Part shown: positions 50,730 to 62,915 of the stretch, in pieces | How the letters are laid out: every line of letters starts with the position of its first letter | Position numbering within the stretch: the stretch's first letter is position 1 | NCBI GenBank assembly: GCA_965153355.1 | Contig: OZ231126.1 | Span: 7,502,001 to 7,566,000 of the forward strand | Length of the DNA: 64,000 bases | Origin: Flaccisagitta enflata | Taxonomy: Eukaryota | Reading direction: 5' to 3' | Made by a program: the position numbers and the translations under genes | The notes under the pieces: generated by a model | Told to the model about the DNA's origin: nothing | Databases searched by the model: none | Seen by the model: the letters and a program-made list of their open reading frames with translations, nothing else

Positions 50730-52102
50730 AATTGGTGACTCCCGTCTCAAAGACAAGAGTTACGTTCTCTCCAACCTTCTGACATCGTGGTGACGACGTC
50801 GACGACGAGCTGCTGCAGCAGCATCAACCTGACTGTTACAAAACAAGTGTACAGACCAGAAACAACATTACCCTTGTGTTTTATCTTCAACAACTTCGCC
50901 ATCAAGGGTACCATCTCGTCGACAACGTCCCCAGCATCGAGTGGCGTCAACAACATCGTCGACAGCCTCTCCAAATCGCCTACGACGTCCACAACCCAAC
51001 ATCCTCGTCCACGACGTCGCCAACATCAAAGAAAAGAACAGGAGTCTCGAGACTGGGCTGGGCTTCGGTCAGCTGTCCCGGGCGAAGCTGGACTCGTCCT
51101 GGCCTGTGGGATTTGGCCATCAAGGAGGTCTCCGGCGCCAGTTCCTCGCATCCACACGTTGGGTGAGCCGGAAGTGTCACTGTAATACTTTAATTTACAG
51201 CCTTGACAAAGAAACCTCCACCAACCGACAGACATTAACAGCTTTTCACATTGTATTAATGCTGTTTCTTCCCATGCCATTTACTTCCGCATGTACTCGG
51301 TTACGGTCCCTTCCACGACTTCAATCGACTCCCACAACGCCTCGAGAGCTTCCCCACGACGCCACGATCCGTTCCAACGTCTTCAGCATCCGCAGACACC
51401 CTTTGGCTTCACTCCTCGAAGCCCACGCCTCGCCATTCGCATCCCAACGAAGTTAACCATCAATTGGACTCTCAAACGACTTCAGACGTCTTCAGACACG
51501 TGCAGCATCGTCTCCCACGGGTCCCCACGTCCACGACGACGTCCCAACACCTCGCCAACGTCTCCGTGACGCCCACGACGTCGAGCTGCTGCTGCAACCC
51601 TGCTGTCTTCGCGAGCTTCGACGCCAACATCCACCCTTCGAATTCGAAAAGCGAAAGACGATTTCGAGCGCCTCGAAAAGGCACTTCCGGTCGGAGTTGA
51701 AGGACAAAAATTTCAGGGATGGTAGACGGCACCCTCGACTACGTTGTATTAAAATTTGGTGACCGTCGGACGACTACTTCGCGTTCTCGATCAAATTGAA
51801 AACATAGGCGCTTTTCGAAGGCAAAAACGAGGATTTTTTCGCCGAGGGAATTTTCTGCCTTCCTCTAGTTGCAATTTGACGCCCTTTGGAACATAACAAC
51901 TAGACTACCTGAAGTACTTGGGATTCAAATTTCATGCCAATCGGTCTGCAGGTTCGGCCGCAACAGCTCGCCGAAAACGAAGTTCGAACTTCGCCTTTTT
52001 ACAACAACATTTCAACTCGTCTATCCATTTTTACTTCATATGTATTCTCTAGAAGTACATAGCCTCGCTTTTATTTCAACAACATATCCTCCCGTGATAT
52101 AA

Positions 52103-53407
52103 ATGAGTGGACAACGCCATCATCCCCACATCTCGGACGCTGCCTTCACCCCTTTCCAACACCTGATACCTACACTTCCGGCCAACACGGACGGCTACAT
52201 TGACAGCCTTCTCGCTTCGCCTCCACTTCAACCACGCCTTCAGGGCATGGACATTGATCAAAACAATCTCCAACAGTCACAGGCAGCAGCAACAACAATG
52301 GAGTTCACTCAGGAGAAGTTCATGCAACTGCAAGCGTTAGCAGAGAGACAAGCTAAGATGCTTGAGGATGGAAATGCCTTTCAAAATGAAGCAGCTCGAA
52401 AGCTGCAAGATTCTCAACGCCAGTTGGAGGAAACCCAACGAAATCTCACAGATCTCACTGCTGCCTTCAACTCCCTCTCGACACAAGGTCGTCCTCTCAC
52501 CGTCACTTCCGCTCCCAAGAAGAAGCCGGACCTCCCCGCCTTTGACAGCAAAAATGTCCTGGTGTGGATACGCAGAGTAGAGGCTGCTTACCGTCGAGCA
52601 GGGGTCATTGACCCCAAGGATAAATTCGCGTGGATGGAAAGCATTTTCCAGGTCAAACTCGATCCACAAATAGACGCTTACTTGTATGGAGAAAATACAG
52701 CTCAAGATTGGGACGACTTTATCTCTTATCTTAAGAAGCAGTACGGTCCAACCATCCGCCAAAAGGCGCAGAAGCTCCTAGGAGACATTCCACGCCACGA
52801 CTTGAAGCCTTCTCAATGGCTCCTTCAGCTCAAAGACGACACTAAAGACGTCGAGCTCGACCACATCCTTCGAGAACATCTGCTCAAGACGATTCCTCCG
52901 CGAATAAGAGAGATAATGGGAAAGGAGGTGGAAGAAATGTCGTCAGAGGAAGTGGCTAAGATGGCGGACACATTCTTCGATCGCCAAGGCAAACCAGCTG
53001 AAAAGCAATCCACATCCATCAACAACGTCATGGCCTCTTCAACAGCTTCTGCCACTCCTCCTCCTCCTCGAGCCTCCTCCTCGACACCCTTCACACAAGC
53101 CTTCAGTGACGACGACGATGGCGACATCAACCACGTCAGAGGGGGAAGATTTCCAGGAAATGGTGGAAACCGTGGAAATAACAACAGAGGTCCTCGCAGC
53201 AAGAGCAGAAGCAACTTCACTCGCGCCCCAACATCTTCGTCAACGACTTCATCCTCCAATAACTCACAAACCAAGCAAGCAGGATTGTGTAGATGGCATA
53301 GAAAGTTTGGCGACAAGGCCCTGAAATGCCTCTCTGATTGTTCTCGTCATTCCACCTTCATGGCCTCACAAAACTCGGGAAACGGCCAGGGAGGACGCCG
53401 ACAGTGA
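52103..53407 (+). CDS. gag: Gag of element E
   Basis: 434 aa, same translation as D Gag in the ORF track. Confidence 0.95.
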   Translation: MSGQRHHPHISDAAFTPFQHLIPTLPANTDGYIDSLLASPPLQPRLQGMDIDQNNLQQSQAAATTMEFTQEKFMQLQALAERQAKMLEDGNAFQNEAARKLQDSQRQLEETQRNLTDLTAAFNSLSTQGRPLTVTSAPKKKPDLPAFDSKNVLVWIRRVEAAYRRAGVIDPKDKFAWMESIFQVKLDPQIDAYLYGENTAQDWDDFISYLKKQYGPTIRQKAQKLLGDIPRHDLKPSQWLLQLKDDTKDVELDHILREHLLKTIPPRIREIMGKEVEEMSSEEVAKMADTFFDRQGKPAEKQSTSINNVMASSTASATPPPPRASSSTPFTQAFSDDDDGDINHVRGGRFPGNGGNRGNNNRGPRSKSRSNFTRAPTSSSTTSSSNNSQTKQAGLCRWHRKFGDKALKCLSDCSRHSTFMASQNSGNGQGGRRQ

Positions 53408-56400
53408 ACGCGGCCACCCCCTCCTCTTCATCATCATCAAAAAATGATTTATTATTCGTTCACGACGTCACTACGCGCCAGAAATGGTTAATAGATGGGG
53501 GCGCTGTCCTATCCATCGTCCCTCCCACATACGCTCAACGTTTAAATGGCCATTCAAATATGCAGCTGCAGGCTGCAAACGGCTCGAGGATCAAGTGCTT
53601 TGGAGTTAGGCAGATGCCAATACACCTGCCAGGGCGAAAATTCTCTTTTCCAGTGACGATTGCAGACGTCAAACAGCCAATCCTAGGGGCTGATTTTTTG
53701 GCTAAAAATTACTTGGCCCCAAACCATAGGGATGGTACCCTAATCGACCTCAAAGACATGTCGACTATCAAAGTGGATTTTGAAGATAAGGCTGAGCCTA
53801 TACGCGTGAACCACGTCAGTCAGGCGACAAACCCTTACTACAAGCTCCTGGATGGAAAATTCCCGGACCTTTCCAATCCCACTTTCAAGGTCAAAGACGT
53901 CGACCACGGGGTTTATCATTATATACCCACAGAAGGCCCCCCAGTGCAAGCAAGGGCCCGTAAACTGGACCCAGAAAAGTTAGCTGTGGCCAAGGCTGAA
54001 CTGGATAAGTTGGTTGAATTGGGAGTTTGCGAGAGGGGCAAATCAGATTGGTCCTCACCCCTACTCGTCACAACAAAGCCTTGTAATTCGCCCTGCACTT
54101 GCGAACAAGAAAAACCTTGTGGCGGATGGCGGGTCTGTGGAGACTATCGAAGGCTCAATGACCTTACCACAGACGACCGCTACCCTGTAAGAAACTTACA
54201 AGATTTCAACGCTGATCTTAGAGGCAAAACAATTTTTAGCAAAGTGGATTTGTTAAAAGGGTATCATCAAATCCCTGTATACCCTGATCATGTGAAAAAA
54301 ACTGCCGTCATAACGCCATTTGGCCTCTACCTCTTTCCACGCTGCCCCTTTGGCCTTAAAAATGCTGGCCAGGATTTCCAGCGACTCATGGACAAGATCC
54401 TCGGCGACATACCTCACACTTTCGTCTATTTGGACGATATTTTAATTGCCTCATCATCACCAGCTGAGCACCTCGAGGACCTCACGCGCGTCTTCACCAT
54501 CCTGGAAGAGAATGGTCTTGTCGTAAATCGCAAGAAGTGCATTCTTGGTGAAAGTTCCATCGAGTTTTTAGGCCACCTTTGCGACGCCCACGGCATCAAG
54601 CCATTGCCATGTAAAGTAGAGGCCATCAAAAAAGTTCAGCCACCAACAACAATTAAAGAATTGCAGCGTTTCTTGGGCATGATTAATTATTATCGCCGTT
54701 TTATAAAATCTGCCGCCCACCACCTCTACCACCTCTTCGACGCCCTCGGCTCCAAGCCAAAGCGCCTTCTATGGTCAACAGAGATGCAGGCCTCATTCGA
54801 GGCCATCAAGAACGCCCTCGCGAATGCAACAATGTTACACCATCCGGACTCGTCTCTTCCACTGGCTCTTACTACAGATGCCTCAGATGTAGCCATTGGA
54901 GCTGTTCTGGAGCAAAGAGGCCCCAACGGATGGGAACCTCTGGCGTTCTTTTCCAAAAAATTGTCGGATTCTCAGCAGAAATGGTGCCCCTACGACCGTG
55001 AACTGCATGCTGTGCACAAGGCAGTCCGCCATTTTAAGTACATGGTCGAGGGAAGAGCCTTCACGATCTATACAGATCACCAGAGTTTGGTGCCTTCGAT
55101 GTCAAAGAAGACTGAGGCCCAAACAGCTCGCCAAGCCAATCAACTTTCCGAAATTAGCGAGTATTCTACTGACATACGCTATTTAGAGGGCAAGAGTAAC
55201 GTTGTGGCTGACGCCCTCTCGAGGCCTAATGGTAAGCAAGAACCTCCTACAGTCAGCAACATCTCGCCAACTTATTCCTCCATGCCCCAACATGTTTTCT
55301 GTCAAGACATCAACCGCATGAGAGACGAAGGAATTCTGGGAATTCATCAAGTTGGTTATGAAGAAGAGGAAGATGATGAACCTGAAGTCGAAGAGTATAG
55401 ACCAGAGGAAGATGAAGAGATCGAGGAAGAATGGGAAACAGAGGCAAACTCTGACTTCTTTGACGAAATGGAAGTGAGGTACAATAAGCTCAAAGCTTGT
55501 TCTCGTCAACCAACACCCTCAGGGGCTCTCACTCCGTCTCCTTCTTCCAACACTGCTTCCTCTGCAACTTCGTCGTCAACACCCTCAGTGGCTCTCACTC
55601 CGCCTTCTTCTTCCAACACTGCTCCCTCTGCAACTCCGTCATCAACACCCTCAGTGGCTCTCCCTCCGTCGCCTTCTTCTAACTCAGCTTTCTCTGCAAC
55701 CTCGTCAACTCCAGCAAAAAGCAACCCGGCTAAGCAGGTCTCATTTGCACCAATCATCTCGTCAGTCTCTCGACCTCCAGAGTCTCCTTCAATGAACAAC
55801 GACGAGTGGCTTCAACATCTTGAAAGAATCTGCAGCCAGGGACAACCACCTCAGCCTTCACCTCCACCAACGCAGCAACAGTCCTCTCCTCCAATCCCTA
55901 AAGGTTATAAACCAGTTCCAGAGGAAAAGATTGAGGATCTTCAACTGCTGGTCAATTCAGTCAGCCACTTTGCCATCGATTTGGAAGACATGGCGCGCCA
56001 ACAGGCTTTAGACCCAGAGCTGAGAACGCTGAGAAGAGACGCAAGAACTGGACTCAGTTTCAGAAAGGTTAAGGTTGGGGCAACATACTTGTTTGTGGAC
56101 GTTTCGAATGGCCCTGCCCGCCCCTTCGTGCCACTGTCTTATCGCCGAAGGATATTTAATGTTATCCACAATTTGGGGCATCCAGGAGTCGAAAGGACTC
56201 GCCAAACCATAACTGACAAATTCGTTTGGCCTAATATTAGGCAGGACGTGTGCAAGTGGGCACGAGAGTGTGTGGCCTGCCAACAGGCCAAAATTCAACG
56301 CCATGTGGTACCACCCATAGCAGAATTCTCCGTCCCACCAAAACGCTTTCAACATATCCACCTGGATTTGGTGTCCATGCCTCCATCCAATGGCTTTGAC

Positions 56401-57269
56401 CACTTGTTAACTATTGTGGACCGCTTCTCAAGGTGGCCAGCAGCCATACCCATCGCCAACATCAGCGCTGAGACGGTCATAGATGCATTGACACATGGAT
56501 GGATTGCAAACTACGGCGTCCCTGAAGTGATAACTACGGACCGAGGCAGCCAATTTTCAGCTCAAATTTTCACCCAGCTTCTCGAAAATTGGGGCATTCG
56601 CCACATCGCCACAACAGCTTATCATCCGGAATCAAACGGAATGGTGGAGCGCCTACATCGTCGCCTCAAGGAGAGCCTAATTGCTTTGGGCAGGGGAGAA
56701 AGGCTTCTTTGGTTTTGGAAACTGCCCATGTCATTACTGGCGCTAAGGACAACAATGAAGCCTGACTTAGGTTCCTCCCCAGCTGAACTTGTGTATGGAG
56801 AAGGCCTCACTGTGCCTGGCCAACTGATTGGGCCACCAAACCTTTCGGATGAAGAGCTTCTTCAGCAACAGCGAGCGACTCGAAACAACCTAAGGGTTGA
56901 AGTAGAACGTCTGCAGCCAACTGCAACATCAGCCCATCGTGCTCCTAGGGTTAACATACCGGACGAACTCGCCACTGCAACACACGTGTTAGTAAGAAAA
57001 GGTTTGCAGCAATCGCTTACAGCACCGTATGAAGGCCCTTTCGAGGTAGTCTCCAGACATGCGAATGGTTTCCGCCTACGCTTCCCAGGCAGGGGCACGG
57101 ACATAGTCGCCCTGTCAAGACTAAAGCCAGCAATCATCGCACCGGAAGAAGAACGTGATGAGGAGGATCATAATGATGTCACACCGCCATCTCCACCTCC
57201 TCCAGGTCGCCCTCCTGGTGTAAGAACGCGTCTTCCGGCTCCAACTTCCCGTCAGACACGCAGCTCGAC

Positions 57270-57313
<44 letters not shown>

Positions 57314-57825
57314 TCCGTCAGCAACAGCAGCAACAGCAGCAACAACAGTCGTCGACTCATGAGCCCAACAGCAGCTCGGGTGACTCGCAGATCCCGTGCT
57401 CTTCTCGCAGCGTTCCTGGAGAGCCCATTCCGGACTCACCACCTCCTCCTCCTCCTCCTTGTCGTCGTCAACGTCAGCGTCAACGTGACCCATCGCCGGA
57501 GCAACTGACAGACCCGACAGGCAGAGTCGAGTACCAGGACGATCCCAACCTCGCTCCATGCCCAACTCCTCAACAGGAACAGGCCTTAGCAGAGGCTTTT
57601 CCACATCAACCGGACCCGCTCAATCGTGATCCAAGAGACTTGGACCAGCCCTTGGTCCCTCCTACGCCATCCAACTCTACTGCCAACGATGGTAACGCTC
57701 AAGGGGGCGTCAACAGGAAGAAAAAGACACTCTCATTTTCAAATCCAAAGAAGGGCCACTTCTCGTACCGTAGGCCCCGTCCTGACATAAACTTCCTTCG
57801 CCAAGTCATGAACGAGCTCAATTAA
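53338..57825 (+). CDS. pol: Pol of element E, -1 frameshift entry near 53377
   Basis: 1495 aa; the only difference from D that I spotted is EEDNND versus EEDHND. Confidence 0.97.
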
Positions 57826-58179
57826 TGTAGGTCACATTTTTACATTACTCTTTATTTAACAATTCCGTGGTAATAGCGTCATCTATCTTCCTTCTCGAGT
57901 GACAGTACAGTTGCTCTTTTGTTCTCTGATTAGTAGCGTCATCTATCTCATTTTTCTTTGTAGTAGCGTCATGTTACTTTCACTGAGTGACAGTACAGTC
58001 CCTCAACTTCGTCGAGTGGTCAGGGCACTATAAACCTGGTAGGCCTTATATTTTACTTGCGTAGTATCGCAGAGGACGCAACCTCTATAAAAAAAGAATA
58101 CTAACCGTCATATCATGTTCACTCACGTCTTTTGTTTAGATTGTTTCCGTTCGCAACCCCGTACACAATCTAGGGGGCG

Positions 58180-59487
58180 TGTGGCCATTGGCCTAAGTAT
58201 GGTCTCTTAAACTCATTTGCATATAGTCGTCATGTTATGTCTCATCATGTCACTCGCCTCATATCCTTTCCAATGATGTAACTCTCATGTCTATGGTGTC
58301 AGCGGTTCATGAGTTATGGCCCATCAATGGTTGACATCTCATTTACATATTGTGGCATCGTTACATTTCGTTATTAATAATTTCACTCGGTCTGATTCTG
58401 AATTTGATGTCTGTTTTTGTCTATCTGCTTCCTGTCAAAAGATAGCAGACCGATGGGGAAATGTTTTCAGCCTATGAGCGGCCAGTCCCTTGGGGGTGGG
58501 CCTCATTGGATATGCCTTGCATATTGTGGCGACGTTAATGAGCTTAGAGATGGCTTTACTCCTCTCATTAACTCCTTACAGCTTACTACAAAATATAGGG
58601 CCCAGGCACAAGCCCTATACATATTTACCTTCCTGATGGCCGATCCAGTCTATGTTTATAGAGCTGATAAGCTCTGCAGGCACCTGGATTCGATCCCTGG
58701 ACCTTTGGATCCAGAGCTCTCTCCCTTACCAATGTCGCCACGGCGGCTGCATGGATAGAGCCGCCAAAGCTTAGGGTGGTTCTCCCTTTCTCTGTTTTCC
58801 TTTGTTTCTCCTCCCTGTTTCTTCTAAGTTTTCCTCATTACATACTGTGCCCATAGTTGTGCTTATGCTATCGCCATGAAATTTTATGTGTATGTAGTAT
58901 GATGTTAGAGAAAAGGTTTGGCGTCTCTTGTTTCATGATTTTATGGACAGGCTTAGTGCCCCTGCCCTTTAACTTCTTTTAGAATTATCTCTATCTCTCA
59001 CTTTTGCTTAATTAAGTATTCAAGCCTTTTGTTTGCTTGTCTTTTGATAGAAGGATTTGCCTTCTCTTATTTTGGGTTCAATTGATCATTTGTCATCAGG
59101 TCATGTGATGTCCCCTCGTCCCCTCCTGGTCACATGACCCTCCCAAAATGGCTGCCGCCATGGCAGGCAGCATGGCCAGACTGTTTAGCTGTGGGAAATA
59201 ATTCTATCATTCTGGTTCTTGTTTTTTAGTCTGGATAGACTATAGTCTTCGCTCCTGTTTTTATTTTATTGCTTGAATAAATAACTTTGTATCTGAATAA
59301 GACTTTGTGCTATTATTAAAAGGGCTAGCAGCCCTCTAACTCTGCGAGTACCCCTGTGGGGTACCTATGGACTTGTGGCTACGCCACTGACCCTGTCCAT
59401 AGTCTTATGGATTGCCAAAAGACTCAAAGGCATTAATATCGCAATGGTAGACTTTGGAGTCATCTACCACTTTTGGGAATCGCTACA
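58180..59487 (+). repeat. 3' LTR of element E (1308 bp)
   Basis: After PPT; ends GCTACA|GGGTTAG. Confidence 0.95.
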
Positions 59488-59688
59488 GGGTTAGGGTTAG
59501 GGTTAGGGTTAGGGTTAGGGTTAGGGTTAGGGTTAGGGTTAGGGTTAGGGTTAGGGTTAGGGTTAGGGTTAGGGTTAGGGTTAGGGTTAGGGTTAGGGTT
59601 AGGAGGGTTAGGGTTAGGGTTAGGGGGTTAGGGTTAGGGTTAGGGTTAGGGTTAGGGTTAGGGTTAGGGTTAGGGTTAGGGTTAGGGT
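59488..59688 (+). repeat. Telomeric tract 5, almost perfect (TTAGGG)n
   Basis: About 33 units with two small interruptions. Confidence 0.96.
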
Positions 59689-61069
59689 TGTAGCTCTCAT
59701 GCGTCTCCTGCCTTTATTCCTGCCCAGTAGCCTTATGATAGCTGTTTACTTATATGTCCTTTAATCTCATTTGCATATTGAGGTAGCTTTTGTGTTTATT
59801 GTTTCCGTCTCGTCATGGGCTTTCACATGGTGTAAGTATCATCACCATAGGTTATGTGGTTCATGAGTTATGGCACTTTTTCTATTGTGCCTCATTTGCA
59901 TATTGCTGTCGTATGTTTTATTATTTAGCAAAATAAATTGTACACCCGTACGTATAGTAGAAATTGGATATCTGTTACGGTTGCTTAGATATGGGCATTT
60001 TTGTATTTCACCATGCTTTCCTATGGGGCGGCTTGTCCAATGGTGGTGAGCCTCATCGGATATCACCGCATATTGTGGCGACCTTAATGAGGCCTCAGAT
60101 GTCTTGCTGGGAGCCTCATTCATCCTATTTCTCTCATTTTAAAATAAAGGGTTCAGTATTAACCCCTTTACATATGTCCCTTCCAGGCGGTAGTTCCGGT
60201 CTGTTTTTATAGTGGTGATCACCCACTGCAACTGCCTGGATTTGAACCCTGGACCTTTGGATCCGAGGTCAAGTCCCTTACCCATGTCGCCACGGCGGCT
60301 GCATGGACTTACCTCCCAAAGCTTAGGGTGGTTTCTCCTTTGCCCTTACCTTTAAGCTCACTGCTTAGGATTTTCCTAAGTCCGGTCTGTTTTATAGTGA
60401 GCACCTACTTGTAGTTATGCTAGAGCTATAAAACTTTACACACTGATAGAGTTATTGATAAGAAAATGTTTGGCGTTTTTAGATTTCTCATTTTTGGTCA
60501 GGCTCACTGGCCCTGCCCTTTTTCGTTTGTGTTGGATTATCTCTATCTCTCAATTTTGCTTAATTTATGCAAAGAGGCCAATTGTTTTCTCCCCTTAGCT
60601 TTGTCCTCTCGTTTTAGGATTGACCTGTTCTTTTGTCACCAAGGTCACATGTGTCACAGGTTCCTCCCCTTGGTCTCTTCCTCTTCAAAGATGGCTGCCG
60701 CCATGGCACCAGCTTTTACTCAGACTGTTAACCTTTGAAATCGTTTCCTTTCAGTCTGGTTCTTCGATTTTAGGCTCAAGCCTATGTTTTGTGCTCCTGT
60801 TTTTATTGATGTTTTAATAAAAGGCTAAGGCCTTGTGATCAAACTTGTGTGCATTATTGCATGGGTGATAACCCCAGCATAATAAGTACCCTAAGGGTAC
60901 CCATGGACTTGAGGCCCCTGCCTCTGACCCTGTCCATGGACTGCAGACTATGATATAAGGCTAAAGCCTTAATAACTTGTTACTGTGGCATTTGCCTATC
61001 AATGTGATAACTGTAAAGACATTATTAAGACTTGTATGGAGTCCAAGTCGGTCGGATGTCACAGCTACA
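59689..61069 (+). repeat. 5' LTR of element F (1381 bp)
   Basis: 7-bp terminal inverted repeat, PBS downstream, blocks shared with A and D LTRs. Confidence 0.9.
60227..60303 (-). ncRNA. tRNA-Arg-like Pol III module (A box TGGCGACATGG, B box GGTTCAAATCC) antisense in the F LTR
   Basis: Minus strand GCCGCCGTGGCGACATGGGTAAGGGACTTGACCTCGGATCCAAAGGTCCAGGGTTCAAATCCAGGCAGTTGCA is 73 nt and collinear with a eukaryotic tRNA-Arg(TCG) as I recall it; stems are imperfect. Confidence 0.6.
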
Positions 61070-61769
61070 AATTGGTGAGCCCGACTTAAGAACTCACCCT
61101 ACCAACCTTCTACCGGAAGTGGCGCCAAAATCACGGGACAACGACGTCGACAACCTGCTGCAGCAGCATCATTTTCACTGCCACAACTTGTGTACAGACA
61201 GAGACAACATTGCCTTTGTGTTTTCATCACCACCTCGTCGACATCGTCTCCAGCATCTCGTTTCCGTGGTTAACAGCACGTGGTCACGCCAACAACGTCG
61301 TCCACGCCATCAGCATCGCCTCCAAAGCTTCCAATTCGAGTCAACACAGTCGCCAACAACCCAAGAGGAGTCCCTCGTCTTGGCCTCTTAGAGGGGCCGA
61401 CTTGGGCGACCATTGGACCCGCCAGGCGCCGTGGAGATCGGCCAGAAAGGGGGTCTGGTGCAGGAGCACCTACCCTACCCATAGGGTGAGCCAGACAGAG
61501 AGTGTAGTAATCAATAACTATCACTTTCCATCCCCCCTGACCGACTCGACAGACAACAGATTCAGTTGTTTCTTTGTTATTCATGCTTTTGCTTCCCATC
61601 ATTTTCCCGCATGTACCCACGTCCTGACGCCCTTCAACGCTGCCATTCGACTCGGGGACACCTGGTACGAGTCAGTCACGTCCACGACTTCACTCTCGAC
61701 CTCTCACGACGTCCACAGACGCCCAACACCCCGTGGTCGACTTCAGTTTGAATCTGCAACAACAGGCGG

Positions 61770-62460
61770 CCAAAGGTTCGACAGGACGCCACAACAACAA
61801 CGTCTCACGGCCAAACGGTTGGCAGCACGATCAACCAACGCAGCAGTCACGTCAACGGGATCCCCGGGCACGTCACTGCACCGTCCATTCGTCGCTGCAC
61901 GCGCCCAACAGCTCGTCAACAGCATCCGCATCGGGTACGCGACGAACCGCCGCCGTCATTAACTTTAACAACGTCTCACAGCCAAACGGTGGACAGCACG
62001 ATCAACCAACGCGGGTAACACGTAGTCCTCAACCTCGGGTACACGACCATATCCAACAATCACCCCTCACGACCTCCAACGGGCCGTCAACTGCTTCCTT
62101 CTCGGCGACGTCGACGAACCTCCGCCGCCGCGTTTTCAAACGTTCACCAACGCCAAAGTACGACCCTCAGCATCGTGAAACTTTTATGGAAGGTACTTCT
62201 GATAGTGTTCTACAACATTCAATCTCGATAGCAGCTATTTTTAATCGTCAAGCAGCTTTACTAGTCGACGAAAGATCGTCCTCGACGAACCGCCGCCGAC
62301 GCCATCTTGTAATCGTTCTCGAATCGCCAAATCTTGCTCTATCGACTTCAGCTCGGAGTTAGTAGTCCCTCACATCGTGCTTTACCTTCCCAACAACCGG
62401 CATCACTTAATTCCTTCGCCAAGTGGCTCGTCCGCGCATCCGAATCACACTAAACCGCGA
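61770..62460 (+). repeat. ~171-bp periodic degenerate repeat in the leader of element F
   Basis: CGTCTCAC.GCCAAACGGT at 61801 and 61972; GACGAACC at 61941, 62113 and 62284; boundaries approximate. Confidence 0.7.
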
Positions 62461-62915
62461 CCGTCGATTACTACTACTTTAACATCGAATTGACGGCGTC
62501 TCGCGCATCTAACGACCACCATCTCCGGGAATCAGCATCAGCAAAGTCTAAATTACCTTCCCAACGATCGACAGCACTCAGCTCCTCCGCCAAGCAGCCC
62601 GTCGAGGTCCTCAAACAGCATCTCTACGCGACCGAAGCTTATTTCAACTTTAACATCAACTTGACGATCTACTGCTCATTCTACAGTCGCCAATCGACTT
62701 CAGCAGCCCCCAAGGACTTCAGTCCACGCATTCCAACCCTCGTCATCGCGTCAATTCGCTCTCCAGTCTCCCGTTGACGTCGTCTAACTTCATTACTGCA
62801 ACATAACTCAACAGCAAATTCACTCAAATGAGTTCCTCTCAAAAAAGTTGTGTGTAGCCAAAATACACATGTTTCTCAGCTTTCTCTCGTCACTCAGCAG
62901 CAATTATACTCACAG

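Larger units (their letters stand above)
49422..59487 (+). mobile_element. Element E: full-length copy of the D family
   Basis: LTRs 49422-50729 and 58180-59487; PBS 50733-50744; PPT 58169-58179; flanks GGGT|TG..CA|GGGT; offset 10274-10275 bp from D. Confidence 0.97.

Noticed and set aside
60227-60299. Functional tRNA-Arg gene
   Set aside because: Acceptor, D and anticodon stems pair poorly; kept only as a tRNA-derived module.
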